64,000 nt of DNA from a virus: the IMG/VR virus record IMGVR_UViG_3300045988_019695, positions 39,492 through 103,491 of that record. One strand, 5' to 3'. A model generated the notes under the pieces. It did not search any database. It saw nothing but the letters and a program-made list of their open reading frames with translations, and was not told where the DNA came from. Both the position numbers and the translations under genes were made by a program. Positions 1 through 10,480 of the stretch are shown piece after piece; within the stretch, counting starts at the first letter, position 1; each line of letters begins with the position of its first letter.

Positions 1-905
1 GATACTGTTACGTATGTAGATATAGTATTGTCCTGATCAAGAGCCCTAATGAGACCTGTATGCTGATCAATTGTAATAACACCTGTCTTGGCTGCATGGA
101 AGTCAAGCTGCTCATAAGGCCAGTTATCTGGAGTATACTCAAGTACTGAACCATTCTCAAGCTCTACTTCAATATAGTACTGATGATCTCTTGTATCGAG
201 TTCACCGAGTCTAATAGATGTATTGCCATACATGTTAAGGTCACCCTTAACTCTAATGGCCAAGATATTCTTGTTCATAAGATCGTCCTTATCTACATCG
301 AGTGTAATGTCACCACTTGCACCAGACTTGTCATCTACAAGCTGAAGAACATCACCGTAGTCCATTGTATATGTATGGAGGTCGGTGCGACCCCAACCTG
401 GCTCATAAATCATAGCCTGTACAACGAGCTTGTATACACCACAGAACATCTGATCCTTTGCAGGGAAGTAGCACTGAATAGAGTTAGCCTTAGGCAGAAC
501 TCTAGAGTATGCCAAGTATGTAAAGTCCTCACAAGCGCAGCAATTTACAGCGTCGTATGGCTTATTATACTTTGGAGGCAGTATGCCTGGACCAGCTGCA
601 GGATTACAACCATGTGGATCAAGCATGCAGCAGAAGCTATGACTGTAACGATTACAATCATTGTGACAGCAATCGTAGTATCTACAATGTGGCAAAGCAT
701 GATACTTTGGATGACCACATCTGTCGTTCACACAACCACAACCATGAACATGCTTATTCCAGAAGCAATCGACTGGGAAATAGTCGAGCATTGATGTATT
801 AATCAAATAACACTTAAGCTGTTTGATATTAGCTTGATCGTACGTACGTGGACCACGAAGTGTAAGATTCAATCTTACATCGTTTCCAATTCTAATTCTT
901 TGCAT
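1..905 (-). CDS. structural-module protein with Cys/His-rich segment; C-terminus lies outside the window
   Basis: Absent from ORF track because it has no stop in the window. ATG at 905-903 (MQRIRIGNDVRLNLTLRG...) stays open to position 3 on manual translation, with no TAG/TAA/TGA. Contains ...HVHGCGCVNDRCGHPKYHALPHCRYYDCCHNDCNRYSHSFCC... Confidence 0.6.
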   Translation of the reverse strand, partial: MQRIRIGNDVRLNLTLRGPRTYDQANIKQLKCYLINTSMLDYFPVDCFWNKHVHGCGCVNDRCGHPKYHALPHCRYYDCCHNDCNRYSHSFCCMLDPHGCNPAAGPGILPPKYNKPYDAVNCCACEDFTYLAYSRVLPKANSIQCYFPAKDQMFCGVYKLVVQAMIYEPGWGRTDLHTYTMDYGDVLQLVDDKSGASGDITLDVDKDDLMNKNILAIRVKGDLNMYGNTSIRLGELDTRDHQYYIEVELENGSVLEYTPDNWPYEQLDFHAAKTGVITIDQHTGLIRALDQDNTISTYVTV

Positions 906-920
906 ATTATAATATGTATT

Positions 921-960
921 AAAAACAAATGCCGAGATAGGGCAAGTACCCCACCCCGGC
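921..960 (-). terminator. intrinsic terminator after the 967-2091 gene
   Basis: Imperfect GC hairpin (931-960: gccgagataggg/ccccaccccggc arms) followed on the minus strand by a T-run (plus aaaaacaaa, 921-929). Confidence 0.5.
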
Positions 961-966
961 AATTAA

Positions 967-2091
967 TTAAAAGTTTGCTTTATCGTAAGCAGCAGAGTTG
1001 TCAACTGGGTTAACAATGTTCTGACGAGAGGCGATCATAGCCTGGAGCTTAGCAACGAAGCCGCCTGCAATCTGATCAGCACCCATAGCCTCACCATTGT
1101 TAGAAGCGTAGATCTCAACTGTCTGCTTTGTTCTACGCCAGAGATCATCAGCTGTACGGTACTGGTTCTCAAACTCGATAGTAATACCGTCGTACTTGTT
1201 ATCGAGGTTTGTTACCATAGCTGGCTGAGGATCGTACCAGCAGCAACGATGCAAAACGCCCTGATAGTCAAATGTAGCACGCTCGCGATCACGTACCAAT
1301 TTAGCTGTTGCTGGGTATGTAACGCCTTCTTTCTTAGAGAAGACAACACCAAGGTCGTACTTGTTGTTTGAAGCCCAACCTGGAGCTGCAGGGTTCATCC
1401 AATACATGTTAGCATCGAAACGACCCTTCATGTAAACGTTCTCTGTTCTGTTAGACTCATCGTCATCATACTTCATCTGTGTAAGAACGAGCTTCTGACC
1501 ATTGATCTTAGCATATACACGCTGGCGCTTTGGAGCACGGATGATATCCTTTACCAAACCCGCCATGATCTCCTGTACAGTATCACCAACCTTAGTTACA
1601 TAGCTGTATGACTCTGTCCACTTGCGATATCGCATTGGCATATCCTTGAAAGTAAGACGAAGAACAACTGGGCAACCACCCTGAGCGAGGAGGTCCAATG
1701 TCTCAGGAGCAACATCACTGAAATCGATTGTAATCTCATCCTCTGAATCTTCCTTGTAATCAAGCTTAGTAACAGACTTAATGTCTGCTACATTAATAAT
1801 GTTAGACCACTTTACAACTGGTACGAATGTAACATTACCAAGCTTGTCAACCTTCTGGAAGCTATCAGATGTAATAACACCAATCTTAAAACGGTCAGCA
1901 GCTGCATCCATCTTATAAACATCATCAATAGCAGTACCATCCTGCTTAGCTGGATCACAGTTCATGAATACGAACTTACCAACCAATGGCTTAAGATCTT
2001 CTTTCTTAGCCTTACCCTTCAACTCCTCTGCGGTAGCAAGGGTCTCACCGTTCTTGTTAGAAACGAGAACTGAATTTACGTATGTAATCAT
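967..2091 (-). CDS. abundant virion protein (auxiliary capsid or tail/ring protein candidate)
   Basis: Intact 374-aa ORF with no TAG and strong G/C-ending codon bias like the capsid gene. Has its own terminator and sits in the head-tail module. Function is inferred from position only. Confidence 0.55.
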   Translation of the reverse strand: MITYVNSVLVSNKNGETLATAEELKGKAKKEDLKPLVGKFVFMNCDPAKQDGTAIDDVYKMDAAADRFKIGVITSDSFQKVDKLGNVTFVPVVKWSNIINVADIKSVTKLDYKEDSEDEITIDFSDVAPETLDLLAQGGCPVVLRLTFKDMPMRYRKWTESYSYVTKVGDTVQEIMAGLVKDIIRAPKRQRVYAKINGQKLVLTQMKYDDDESNRTENVYMKGRFDANMYWMNPAAPGWASNNKYDLGVVFSKKEGVTYPATAKLVRDRERATFDYQGVLHRCCWYDPQPAMVTNLDNKYDGITIEFENQYRTADDLWRRTKQTVEIYASNNGEAMGADQIAGGFVAKLQAMIASRQNIVNPVDNSAAYDKANF

Positions 2092-2166
2092 ATTGTTTAA
2101 TTTTTTCTACTCACCCTATAATGTTGATGCTAGACCTAACTAGCTGGGCTTTCCACGTTAAAATTA

Positions 2167-2862
2167 TTATTCTTGTGTATTTACTTCTTGAGTTATAGTC
2201 TAATAGCGCTCATCCTTCTTATTCTCGATGTACATCTGAGCAGCTATCTTTATAATCTCATTAAGTACTGTATCCTCGAACTCATCATATTCGTCATGAG
2301 GGTCGTCGAGAGATATTTCCTATGGCTTTCTTATATAACCAAGCTAATACTTATAGATTCTATAATTCTTATCTGTTAATAAATTGCAGCCATATTTTGT
2401 CCTAACTCTAAGAGGACGAGCTCTGTGATATCTGTAATGAAAGTCTGTAAGGCTATTGTTAACCCTATACATAAAACTATCTTGTGTACACTCAAAGACA
2501 CACGTGTTCAATTGATTCTTGTTGTTATTATCTGATATAACAACATCCTCGTTTGATGCGAATAGGAAATCTTCTGGATAGTGTATCTTATATACGTCAT
2601 ATGAAGGTTCCAATAGGTTTGTCTATATATCATCGTACCAGTAACTTTTGGTCTTGTACAGCTTAATTAAATCATGTCTACGCTTCTCTGTTTCCTCGTA
2701 CGATGTATCATGGACAAGATCACCATTAAATCTAGTCTTTACAAACTTATCAACAGCCTGGTTGAGCCAAAATAAAGATTCGTCCGTCGATGGTTTGTCG
2801 AGAGGACTATTAAACTTATTAATCTCTCTTTCGAAGTTCACCAATATGTCTATATATCTCAT
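2167..2862 (-). CDS. head-tail module protein (TAG read as sense)
   Basis: Track ORFs 2623-2862 and 2344-2613 share a frame and are separated only by TAG (2623). The frame continues through TAGs at 2344, 2320 and 2200 to TAA at 2167. ATG at 2862 is preceded by GGAGGGTGAGCA. Confidence 0.65.
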
Positions 2863-3605
2863 TGCTCACCCTCCTATTGTTTAGGCTGTTTCTTAGTATT
2901 ACCCTACGATAATTTAGCCTTATACTATGTAATGTACATATCTACAGCCCCAGAGACAAGCTCATCGAAGCACGAGTATGGGAGCTGGCAATAGCTATGA
3001 ACAGCGCCAGCAGAGTCGTCATTATCGTTGTACTTTAACACATTGAATGCATTAGGCTAACAACAATATGTAAGATCTACATAGTCTATAGTAGTGTAAG
3101 AATCTGTGATAACCCTTAAATAAGGACTATCGTAAGATGTACTCTCAAGTACTACCATAGGATTAGGGAGAATAGAATTCTGATTGTAAAAAGCATTGAT
3201 TACATTGTCTACATCATCCTACTTAATTAATGCGTTTGGGGTAACTACTGGTTTACTAAGAGCTTTAGGGCTCTTATAGTTCTTTGAAATGAAACTATCA
3301 GACCTAACATACATAGCATAATTGTCAGGTAAATCAAAATGGTCATTAGAGACAATGTCTGGTTTAATCTTTGCATGTCTTATCAAAGGTTTAATAGTAT
3401 CATGTATTCGTTTAGCTTTCCTAGTACCACGCTGCAGTTCATCTTCTACAGCATACAATGACCTAACATACTGTGACTAGAACTCGCTAAGGAATGAATA
3501 TATTGTATCTGTAGTAAGCTTTTCCGTAGTAGCAAACTGAGGATAAATCTCAAATAACCTACGTTCAAACTCTATACCTAGTTTTCTAGTTTCTTCTTTT
3601 GTCAT
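2859..3605 (-). CDS. head-tail module protein (TAG read as sense)
   Basis: ATG at 3605 overlaps the upstream TGA (ATGA). The frame contains track ORF 3219-3458 and six in-frame TAGs, and ends with TGA overlapping the next ATG (2861-2859). Confidence 0.6.
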
Positions 3606-4324
3606 GATTCAAGTGGTCTAGTATTTACTTTAGTAGTAAGCCTACTGGATTCTACAATCTCGGTAGACATTATAATAGCCAGATTAATAAGTTCCTCAGC
3701 CATAGAGTCTGACAGCTCAAACTTTGTAGATGTAAAGTCGTAGTCTGATTCAAAGTTACCTGGACCAACTGCGAACTTATTAGGATGTTTAAGATACAAG
3801 AATTGAGCAGTAGAAGTAGCTCCATTGTACTGTACAACCATTGGGTCTACATATGTTATAATGCTATTGTTTTCTATAACTGATGTAGGGTATTCAATCC
3901 ACGGCATATTATTAGTTGTAGCTTTATAGTTCTTAGCTTCTTCATGTGACACGAATCTCATTTCCTATATAGAGTGAGCCTTGCCATCAAATGAATTGAA
4001 GCTGTTATTAACAGTAAATTCTCCGTTCAAGATATACATATAGTCTAACTTGTCTGTAGGGAATCTATAGCTGTTATCTCCAACTAAATTACCGATTGTG
4101 TATACATTATTAATTAATGGCTTTAAATCTTCAATTGCTTTCATATCTGATTCAAACGCTGACCTTCTAGGATTGTTCCCTGTATATTTTTGAGCTATAA
4201 GAGCTAGGTAGGCTTTATCAAGTATTGTAGCAATCTCATATTTAGTTAGCGACGGATATGACGAAGTTATATTTGCCTTGTCATATTCAATCATAAACTT
4301 AGTATAAATATCACTATGCGTCAT
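3602..4324 (-). CDS. structural-module protein; two 119-aa ORFs in one frame joined by a single TAG
   Basis: ORFs 3965-4324 and 3602-3961 are in the same frame and separated only by TAG(3965)-GAA-ATG. They may be one fused product or two genes, depending on suppression. Confidence 0.5.
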
Positions 4325-4337
4325 ACGTCGTTCGTTA

Positions 4338-5090
4338 TTATTTATTTTCGACCTGATTAATAATCGAGATCTTTAAGTCTTGATTCTTCTTTGCGTCCAA
4401 GTATGCAATACAATCCTCAAGTGAGTCTGCAAGCATCTCAGAACCATAATAGTACTGTGTTCTATCCTTACGGATAATGCCCTTAGCAATAGCACTCTCG
4501 ATCAAGAACTCTGTTTCCTTTGTCTTATTATTAACCCACTTAGTAAAGAAGTTTTGTGGCTGCTTATCAACCAATGAGAACAATGTAGACTCTACAAGCT
4601 CATTAGACATTGTATCAGCGCTAACGCCGAACAATCTAAGACACTTGCGCATCTCTTCAAGAGAAAGCTTGCCAAAAGCAATGATAGCGTCTCTACGAAG
4701 CTTGTTGATCTTATTCTTCTCAATAGCCTCAGCCTGTCTATTAATAAGCAGATAGTCTTTACCAGCATTAAGCTTATCAAGTGATGTAGCTACTCTCTTA
4801 TGTCCCTCAAGGAACTTAATAATCATAGCCTAGCGTGGGAATGAGTCATCGAGGATTGTGCTCTTAGAGCCAACTTTAACACAGAATGTATTCCAGAATG
4901 GTGAATTCTTAGCGAGGTGGCCTTCTGGGTAGCCAAGCTCCTTTTCAAATTTCTTTTCGTCCTCAGGTGTTAAACCTGTGTATATCGACCCAGATCTGGT
5001 AAAGTAAGGTGCAATATAATCAAAGCAATGCTTGTACTTCAACAATCCAGCCCAGGGATTTTTCTTTCTGATCTTTAATTCAACTACCAT
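4338..5090 (-). CDS. structural-module protein; ORFs 4830-5090 and 4338-4826 in one frame joined by a single TAG
   Basis: Same frame; the junction reads ...DDSFPR-TAG(4830)-GCT-ATG-IIKFLEG; terminal stop is TAA at 4338. Confidence 0.5.
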
Positions 5091-5122
5091 AATTTTTCAA
5101 TTAGTTGTTGCAATGCCAAGCT

Positions 5123-5143
5123 CCCACCCGATTTTTGGGTGGG
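5123..5143 (-). terminator. hairpin downstream of the capsid gene (possible terminator)
   Basis: cccaccc (5123-5129) / gggtggg (5137-5143) with a 7-nt loop, 28 nt after the TAA at 5171. No clear U-run follows. Confidence 0.3.
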
Positions 5144-5170
5144 GTTGAACATTGTATATTATTTAATTAA

Positions 5171-6331
5171 TTAGAGCTCTGCTGCTCTGTTCTCAACTGA
5201 GATAGACTCCTGGTCTTCAGCATCACAGTACAAGATACCACATGACAATGGATTTCTCAACATGATACCCTCTTCACCGAGGAAGTGTACCTGGTAACCA
5301 TCACGGCTGTTAGAACGCATAGTGTTGATATTGTTTGCATAACCATTTGGCAATACAGAACCACCAGTACACCACTGTACGAACTCACGGCCCTTACGAC
5401 ATACCTTAACGATGTTAGCCTGACCATCACGACGACCAAGGTCAACGAACAAGAATGTGTAAGACATCAATGGCTTACCTGTCAATGGGTGAAGCTGACG
5501 GAACATCTCCATGTTATCGAACATAGCGCAACGCTTAACTGTCAACTCAATACCATTAGTCATAGTGTAAGTTGTGAACTGACCACCCAACTTCAAGTCC
5601 TGACCAGAACCTGTAATGAAGTGTGTATCAATCATATTGAAACTAGCTGCCTTCTCCTTCAAGATACGGTCGAATTCACGGATACCCATCTCACCAGTCA
5701 AAGCAACGAACTTACGCTCATTAGTACCAATAATGTTGTAGCAGAGATCGAACAAGTAATCCTCGAACAACTCTGTAGTCAGCTTTGTATAATAACGTAC
5801 ATTAGCTGGAGCAATCTGCTCAAACAAACCTGCAGAGATTGGAACGAAACGACCATTAGTACCCTTCAAATTGTAAGTACCATCTGCGTTACGGTTAGAG
5901 TGAGCGAACAGCAACTGCTTCTCCTCTCTCTTCTTCCACTCACGAAGAGCCTTCCAATACTGATAGTCAGACCACAAATAAGACTTCTTACCTGTCTCAG
6001 GATCAGTCAAAGCGATAGCCAATACTGTAGAATAAGCATCACCTGTGATATCGTAAGTAAGACGCATAGTCATCAAGCTATTACGCATCTTAAATGGAGT
6101 CTGATAGTTGATGATATCTGCCTCATCACTGTACTCCTCATATGCAGAACCGATACGGTCTACCTGACGGCCTGGGAGCAAATACTCGCAAGGAATATAA
6201 GAACCCTGGAAACCTTCTGCTACGTAGCACTCATATACCCATGTGCTACCATCCTGGTATGGAGTACCATTTACACGTACCTGGAAGTTTACATTGTCAA
6301 ATGCCAAAATAGCGCCTGGCTTTTTATTCAC
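5171..6331 (-). CDS. major capsid protein candidate, C-terminal exon
   Basis: 386-aa TAG-free ORF with a highly biased codon set. It has no ATG (the track start is GTG directly after an in-frame TAA at 6341). Combined with 7183-7584 it gives about 510 aa, an inferred size match to crAss-like HK97-fold capsid proteins. Confidence 0.55.
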   Translation of the reverse strand: MNKKPGAILAFDNVNFQVRVNGTPYQDGSTWVYECYVAEGFQGSYIPCEYLLPGRQVDRIGSAYEEYSDEADIINYQTPFKMRNSLMTMRLTYDITGDAYSTVLAIALTDPETGKKSYLWSDYQYWKALREWKKREEKQLLFAHSNRNADGTYNLKGTNGRFVPISAGLFEQIAPANVRYYTKLTTELFEDYLFDLCYNIIGTNERKFVALTGEMGIREFDRILKEKAASFNMIDTHFITGSGQDLKLGGQFTTYTMTNGIELTVKRCAMFDNMEMFRQLHPLTGKPLMSYTFLFVDLGRRDGQANIVKVCRKGREFVQWCTGGSVLPNGYANNINTMRSNSRDGYQVHFLGEEGIMLRNPLSCGILYCDAEDQESISVENRAAEL

Positions 6332-7182
6332 TCGGAGTCGTTAATTCCGAATCGCTAGCTATGGCATTCTCGCTAGCAGCTTCATCTTTCGATGAAGAAT
6401 TGACTATATCACAACCCTAAAGAAAGGGTTTCCAGTACTTCGGGTCACTTGACCCTACACCGTGGTTAGCGGTTAGTCGATGAACCTTCAAGTCTACTTT
6501 GTCAACACGAAGACCTTTAAGCAATCCAGCTTTAATATAGTCTCCTGTGTTCGCATGTTTTTGAATTAAACCATAAGTATAACCACTTATTCTAAATTGC
6601 TTTCTCAAAGCTTTAAACCCATATATGGTAAACTGCGCTCCATTGTAAACATTAGTAAATACATATGCAACCTGCGGACCATCTTTTGTATGTATTGGAT
6701 GGTTAAAGCAATGTCCTTTAAACAGTCCATGTTCCTTTCCGTGTTGTATATTATATTCTGGTGTGCACCATTCTAGATTAGATAGATAATTATTTAATTT
6801 ATTTCCATCTATATGGTTTACTTGTGGTAAATTGTTTGGATTATCTAGAAATGTCATAGCTACAAGTCTATTGACTCTATAGTCGTATCTTTTACCATCT
6901 TTAGTAAAAGTGACATGCAGATAACCTCTTTTATTTTTACTCGGCGATAAAAATTTATTACTTCTATGTGACCAAATATCACCATGTGTTGTACATGCGT
7001 AAAGACCTTCCCATCCCGGTATGTCTTTCATCTAGTAGCCTTGCTCGGCTGCTGATTGTCCATTTTTTATATTATTCATATATCTATAATTTTATTTATA
7101 ACTCTATGGTATAAAATTCTTTAGGAGTTTCCAGCAATTCTCTGGATTTTTCAATTTATATTACTATAAAAGGCGGCACAGG
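6332..7182 (-). mobile_element. group-I-like intron carrying an HNH homing endonuclease, splitting the capsid gene (boundaries approximate)
   Basis: An about 850-nt insert between the two capsid ORF halves. Flanks of the HNH ORF form GNRA-capped helices on the minus strand, e.g. cttcatc-GAAA-gatgaag (plus 6381-6398) and gctagc...gctagc (6354-6377). Confidence 0.5.
6417..7031 (-). CDS. HNH homing endonuclease (NUMOD4 + HNH_3 type)
   Basis: IPGWEGLYACTTHGDIWS (NUMOD4-like) and VNHIDGNKLNNYLSNLEWCTPEYNIQH (HNH). The ORF ends in TAG. Confidence 0.8.
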   Translation of the reverse strand: MKDIPGWEGLYACTTHGDIWSHRSNKFLSPSKNKRGYLHVTFTKDGKRYDYRVNRLVAMTFLDNPNNLPQVNHIDGNKLNNYLSNLEWCTPEYNIQHGKEHGLFKGHCFNHPIHTKDGPQVAYVFTNVYNGAQFTIYGFKALRKQFRISGYTYGLIQKHANTGDYIKAGLLKGLRVDKVDLKVHRLTANHGVGSSDPKYWKPFL

Positions 7183-7584
7183 TTATGCGCTATAGAACCT
7201 ACCGAACCACTTCTCTTCCAAGCCAAGATAAATAGGAGTGTTATTAATACCTGGAGTCAAACCATCTTTAATTGACTTAGGTGTAATTTCCTTACCATTC
7301 CACTTAGCGTAGCGGATATTAACAGCGTGATCAGCGTCAATCATTACAGACCACTCATACTCTCTATTTTCGATAGTCATGGTTGAACCAAGACCACCAG
7401 TTAGTAAGTCGATAGTAGTTGAAATACCATCATCCTTTGTACCAAAAACCAATGACAACAAGCCTGCTACCTCATGAGGCTTTGTAAGCATTGCGTTAGC
7501 AATCATGTTTTCGTCTACCAAGTCAGCAAAACGCTTACCACGATAGAGCTGAAGATTATTTAATAAAGAACTTGAATTATTCAT
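7183..7584 (-). CDS. major capsid protein candidate, N-terminal exon
   Basis: 133-aa TAG-free ORF directly upstream of the HNH insert. Its TAA at 7183 would lie inside the intron. It follows the scaffold-like gene. Confidence 0.5.
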   Translation of the reverse strand: MNNSSSLLNNLQLYRGKRFADLVDENMIANAMLTKPHEVAGLLSLVFGTKDDGISTTIDLLTGGLGSTMTIENREYEWSVMIDADHAVNIRYAKWNGKEITPKSIKDGLTPGINNTPIYLGLEEKWFGRFYSA

Positions 7585-7602
7585 AATATGTTAATTGTCT
7601 CA

Positions 7603-8799
7603 TCATAGGTATTTTGACGCGAGATCCCATGCCTGAGGTTGTTTTTCATGCCCAACATTGTATGATGTATGATTTTTTGTTTGGTGTTTGAGCATTTGTC
7701 TAAGTTTACTCGCAGCAGATGTCTGACCATTGCGCTGTGCTTCGCCCAGTAGAGCATCACCCTTCATTGTGAAGTAGGCTGATTCTATCAAATTGTTAAC
7801 AAGGTTATTATTAAAAGCCTTCTGATACTCTGTTAAACCGTCTACATCAGTTCTTGTAATATAATCGAACAACGCTTTTCTATCCTCCTTTGGGATATTG
7901 ATACCTCTAATATTAGTAAGACCGTTGATATTAGATGTAAGGTCATTCATGAACTGTGCAGCTTGCTGCTCCTGTTTCTGTCTTTGAGCTTCCTGTTGCT
8001 GAGCCATATACTCTTGCTGTTGCTGTTCGTACGCCTTAAGATAATTTACAGCATCAGCTGCTTCATCTTCCAGCATGTCAGCATCTTCATAGCGCTCAAT
8101 CTTGCGACTAATCTGTTCGTCATTCATTCCCTGTAATCTATAGAACTCACGAACAGCTGCTTTCTGATTAGATTCGTCCTCCAAATCTATGTTATCGTAA
8201 TACATAGATTTCTGTTGTGTCTGATAGAAGTCTTCAAATTTACCACCATTCTTTACGTACTGATCAAGTCTAGCAATACGATCATCAGCGTACTATGGTG
8301 TTGAATTCTCATCTACGACATCTTTGATATACTCCACGAGGTCCTCGACTGACTTAGGTTTCTCGTCTGCATCAACACTCCAACCATTAGCTTCAGCGAA
8401 TGCGTCAAAGAAAGCACCAATCTATTCTGCTTCTCCAGGATCTACGACGTCGGTGTCAGTCTGCTGATCATTATCATCATTGTCGCCATCCTATTCGTTG
8501 TCAACTGTAGTTGTGTCGGACGTATTATTATTTAAAATATTATCTGGGATCTGTGTATCATCATCATGAGCATTAGGATCACCAGTTACATTCTTATTAT
8601 CTTTATTATCCTCAGAAGACTTGTCGTCATCTGGATTGTCTAAATTATCAATATCATCATTAGGGTCATCTAACACCTGATTAACCACATCCTGGTTATC
8701 GATGTCTGTAACGCTGTCGCCACCTTCCTGGCCACCGAACCCTAGAGAGTTCAAAGCGTCTTCAAAATCACCTAATGGATTTTTCTTCTTTCTTGCCAT
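7603..8799 (-). CDS. acidic/Gln-rich protein, putative scaffolding protein (TAG read as sense)
   Basis: Track ORFs 8491-8799 and 7603-8205 share a frame. Codon-by-codon reading of 8206-8490 shows only TAGs at 8491, 8422 and 8293; the stop is TGA at 7603. Function comes from position upstream of the capsid gene and from composition. Confidence 0.6.
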
Positions 8800-8869
8800 A
8801 ATTTAAATTATAACTAAGTTAATATTTTTAATTGTCGTACGCTACACGGGATTCGAACCCGTATAATGT

Positions 8870-10480
8870 TCAATGTTTCCAACCTGCTGCATTATGTGCA
8901 AAGTTGGCTTTCTTTCTCATAGCTGCACTATACTTACTTGGATTACTTAAAACTCTATTAGCAAAACTTTGGATACTCATACCATGCTATTTAGCTGCTT
9001 TAGTAAATGTTCCACGCTTAGATTTCTTGATATGTATATCTTTACCAGAATTAAATTTTCTTTTATTTGTTGGTATTTTGTTTCGTTCTACGATACCAAC
9101 ACTTTCTCTAAATTGACTCTCTACTGGAGAAGCTGGATTATATACAACATTCTTATAATGCCCATCAAATAACTATCCTCTAGGCTATGCATTACTTAAT
9201 GCATCTAACAGATCTTCAGGAAGATTTTTTGAATTTAAAATATCAGTATCATGTACCTATGATGTATATTTCGGCCTAAGAACATAATCCATAAACTAAT
9301 AATCTTTTAGTCTTGGTCTATTAGCTTTTGCAGCCTCTTCTAGTAAAGCCTATTCAAACTCACTACCGTAATCTCTAGGTTTTTCTAAAAGAAAACGTCC
9401 AGATTTTCTTGAATCGGCATTTTTCTGCATTAATTCAAATGCTTTGCGAAGTTTCTGATTAGTGTTCTAATCAAATACCTAAATGTTCTTTGTTGGGACT
9501 TTTATGTTTTCTCCAAACGTAAAAGTGTCAGAAGGTCTAGTAGATATAACGTTTTTACCAAGTAAACTTTTACCAGGGAATCTAAGTATTGGTCTAGTAC
9601 TCCAATCTCCACCAGAATTTGGAAGAACTGGATAATCTGTAGTAAAGTTACTTATTAGCGGACTTACATCGCCAGAGTCATAAGCAAATCTACTATTTAT
9701 TGGAGATACTATAGTATATTTCTAGCTCATATCTGGTAAAATACTATACCTTCTATACAAGTCTGGAAACTATGCGTCGAACCCATATTTAATCTTTCCT
9801 CCAATATATCTAAGGTATTGAGCATTCGGATTGTCACTAAAGTATATTTGTTTTGCGACATTTTTTATTTCCGGTAAAGCCTTTCCTGCTACTGGAACCA
9901 TTCCGAGAACGCCATATGGATTACCATCTGATAACTCCTTTGCACCTTTTAATGCAAAATACATATCAGCAGCAGGCTATGTTATTGGATGTAAAGCAAG
10001 TGCAGTCATTCCACCATCTATAGCATCAGCTACTTCTCCTTGCCAAGTTTTCTAATACTGAGCATTCTATATATCTTTCTTCGTCTAAAGATCTGACATA
10101 TATTTATCAAATGCAGCATCACCCATATATTCTTTAAGATCCATAAGTTCTTTATTGCGTTCTGCAGCATCTACTTTGGAAATGTCTCGCTAATTAACAT
10201 TTACTTCCTGCAATCGTCTATTAACACGTTCTCCTGTTTTTAGTATATCTTGTCCTGTGTATGGATCGTGTCCAACAATGTCTCTAAGATAAACCATTCT
10301 AGCATCATCTCCAGTATCAAATTTAGGAATCTTAAGTTTCTTTCTAAGCTACTTCTCAGCTATCTACTAATCTGCTTCAGCCTATGCTTTTCTTCTACGT
10401 TTAATCTTACGAAAGAGCTTATGACGCTGATAGTCATTCTTCTTCTGCATCTTTCGCTTAGGACTTTCCATCTATGTCAT
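8870..10480 (-). CDS. 536-codon virion-module protein of unknown function (TAG read as sense)
   Basis: ATG at 10480 overlaps the upstream TGA. All frame triplets were checked: about 25 in-frame TAGs, no TAA/TGA until TGA at 8870. Includes track ORF 9770-9964. C-terminus reads ...GTFTKAAK-TAG-HGMSIQSFANRVLSNPSKYSAAMRKKANFAHNAAGWKH. Confidence 0.65.

Noticed and set aside
183-794. Plus-strand ORFs 183-794 and 557-802
   Set aside because: They lie antisense to a long open minus-strand frame (1-905) that has a proper start and context. Their translations are low-complexity and hydrophobic, so they are shadow ORFs.
5285-6358. 357-aa plus-strand ORF overlapping the capsid gene
   Set aside because: It is an antisense shadow of a strongly codon-biased gene, and its sequence is Thr/Leu/Ile-rich nonsense. 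The same reasoning applies to 21054-21704, 21026-21253, 21338-21637, 34516-35074 (minus), 38032-39319 (minus), 44436-45015 (minus) and similar overlapping ORFs.
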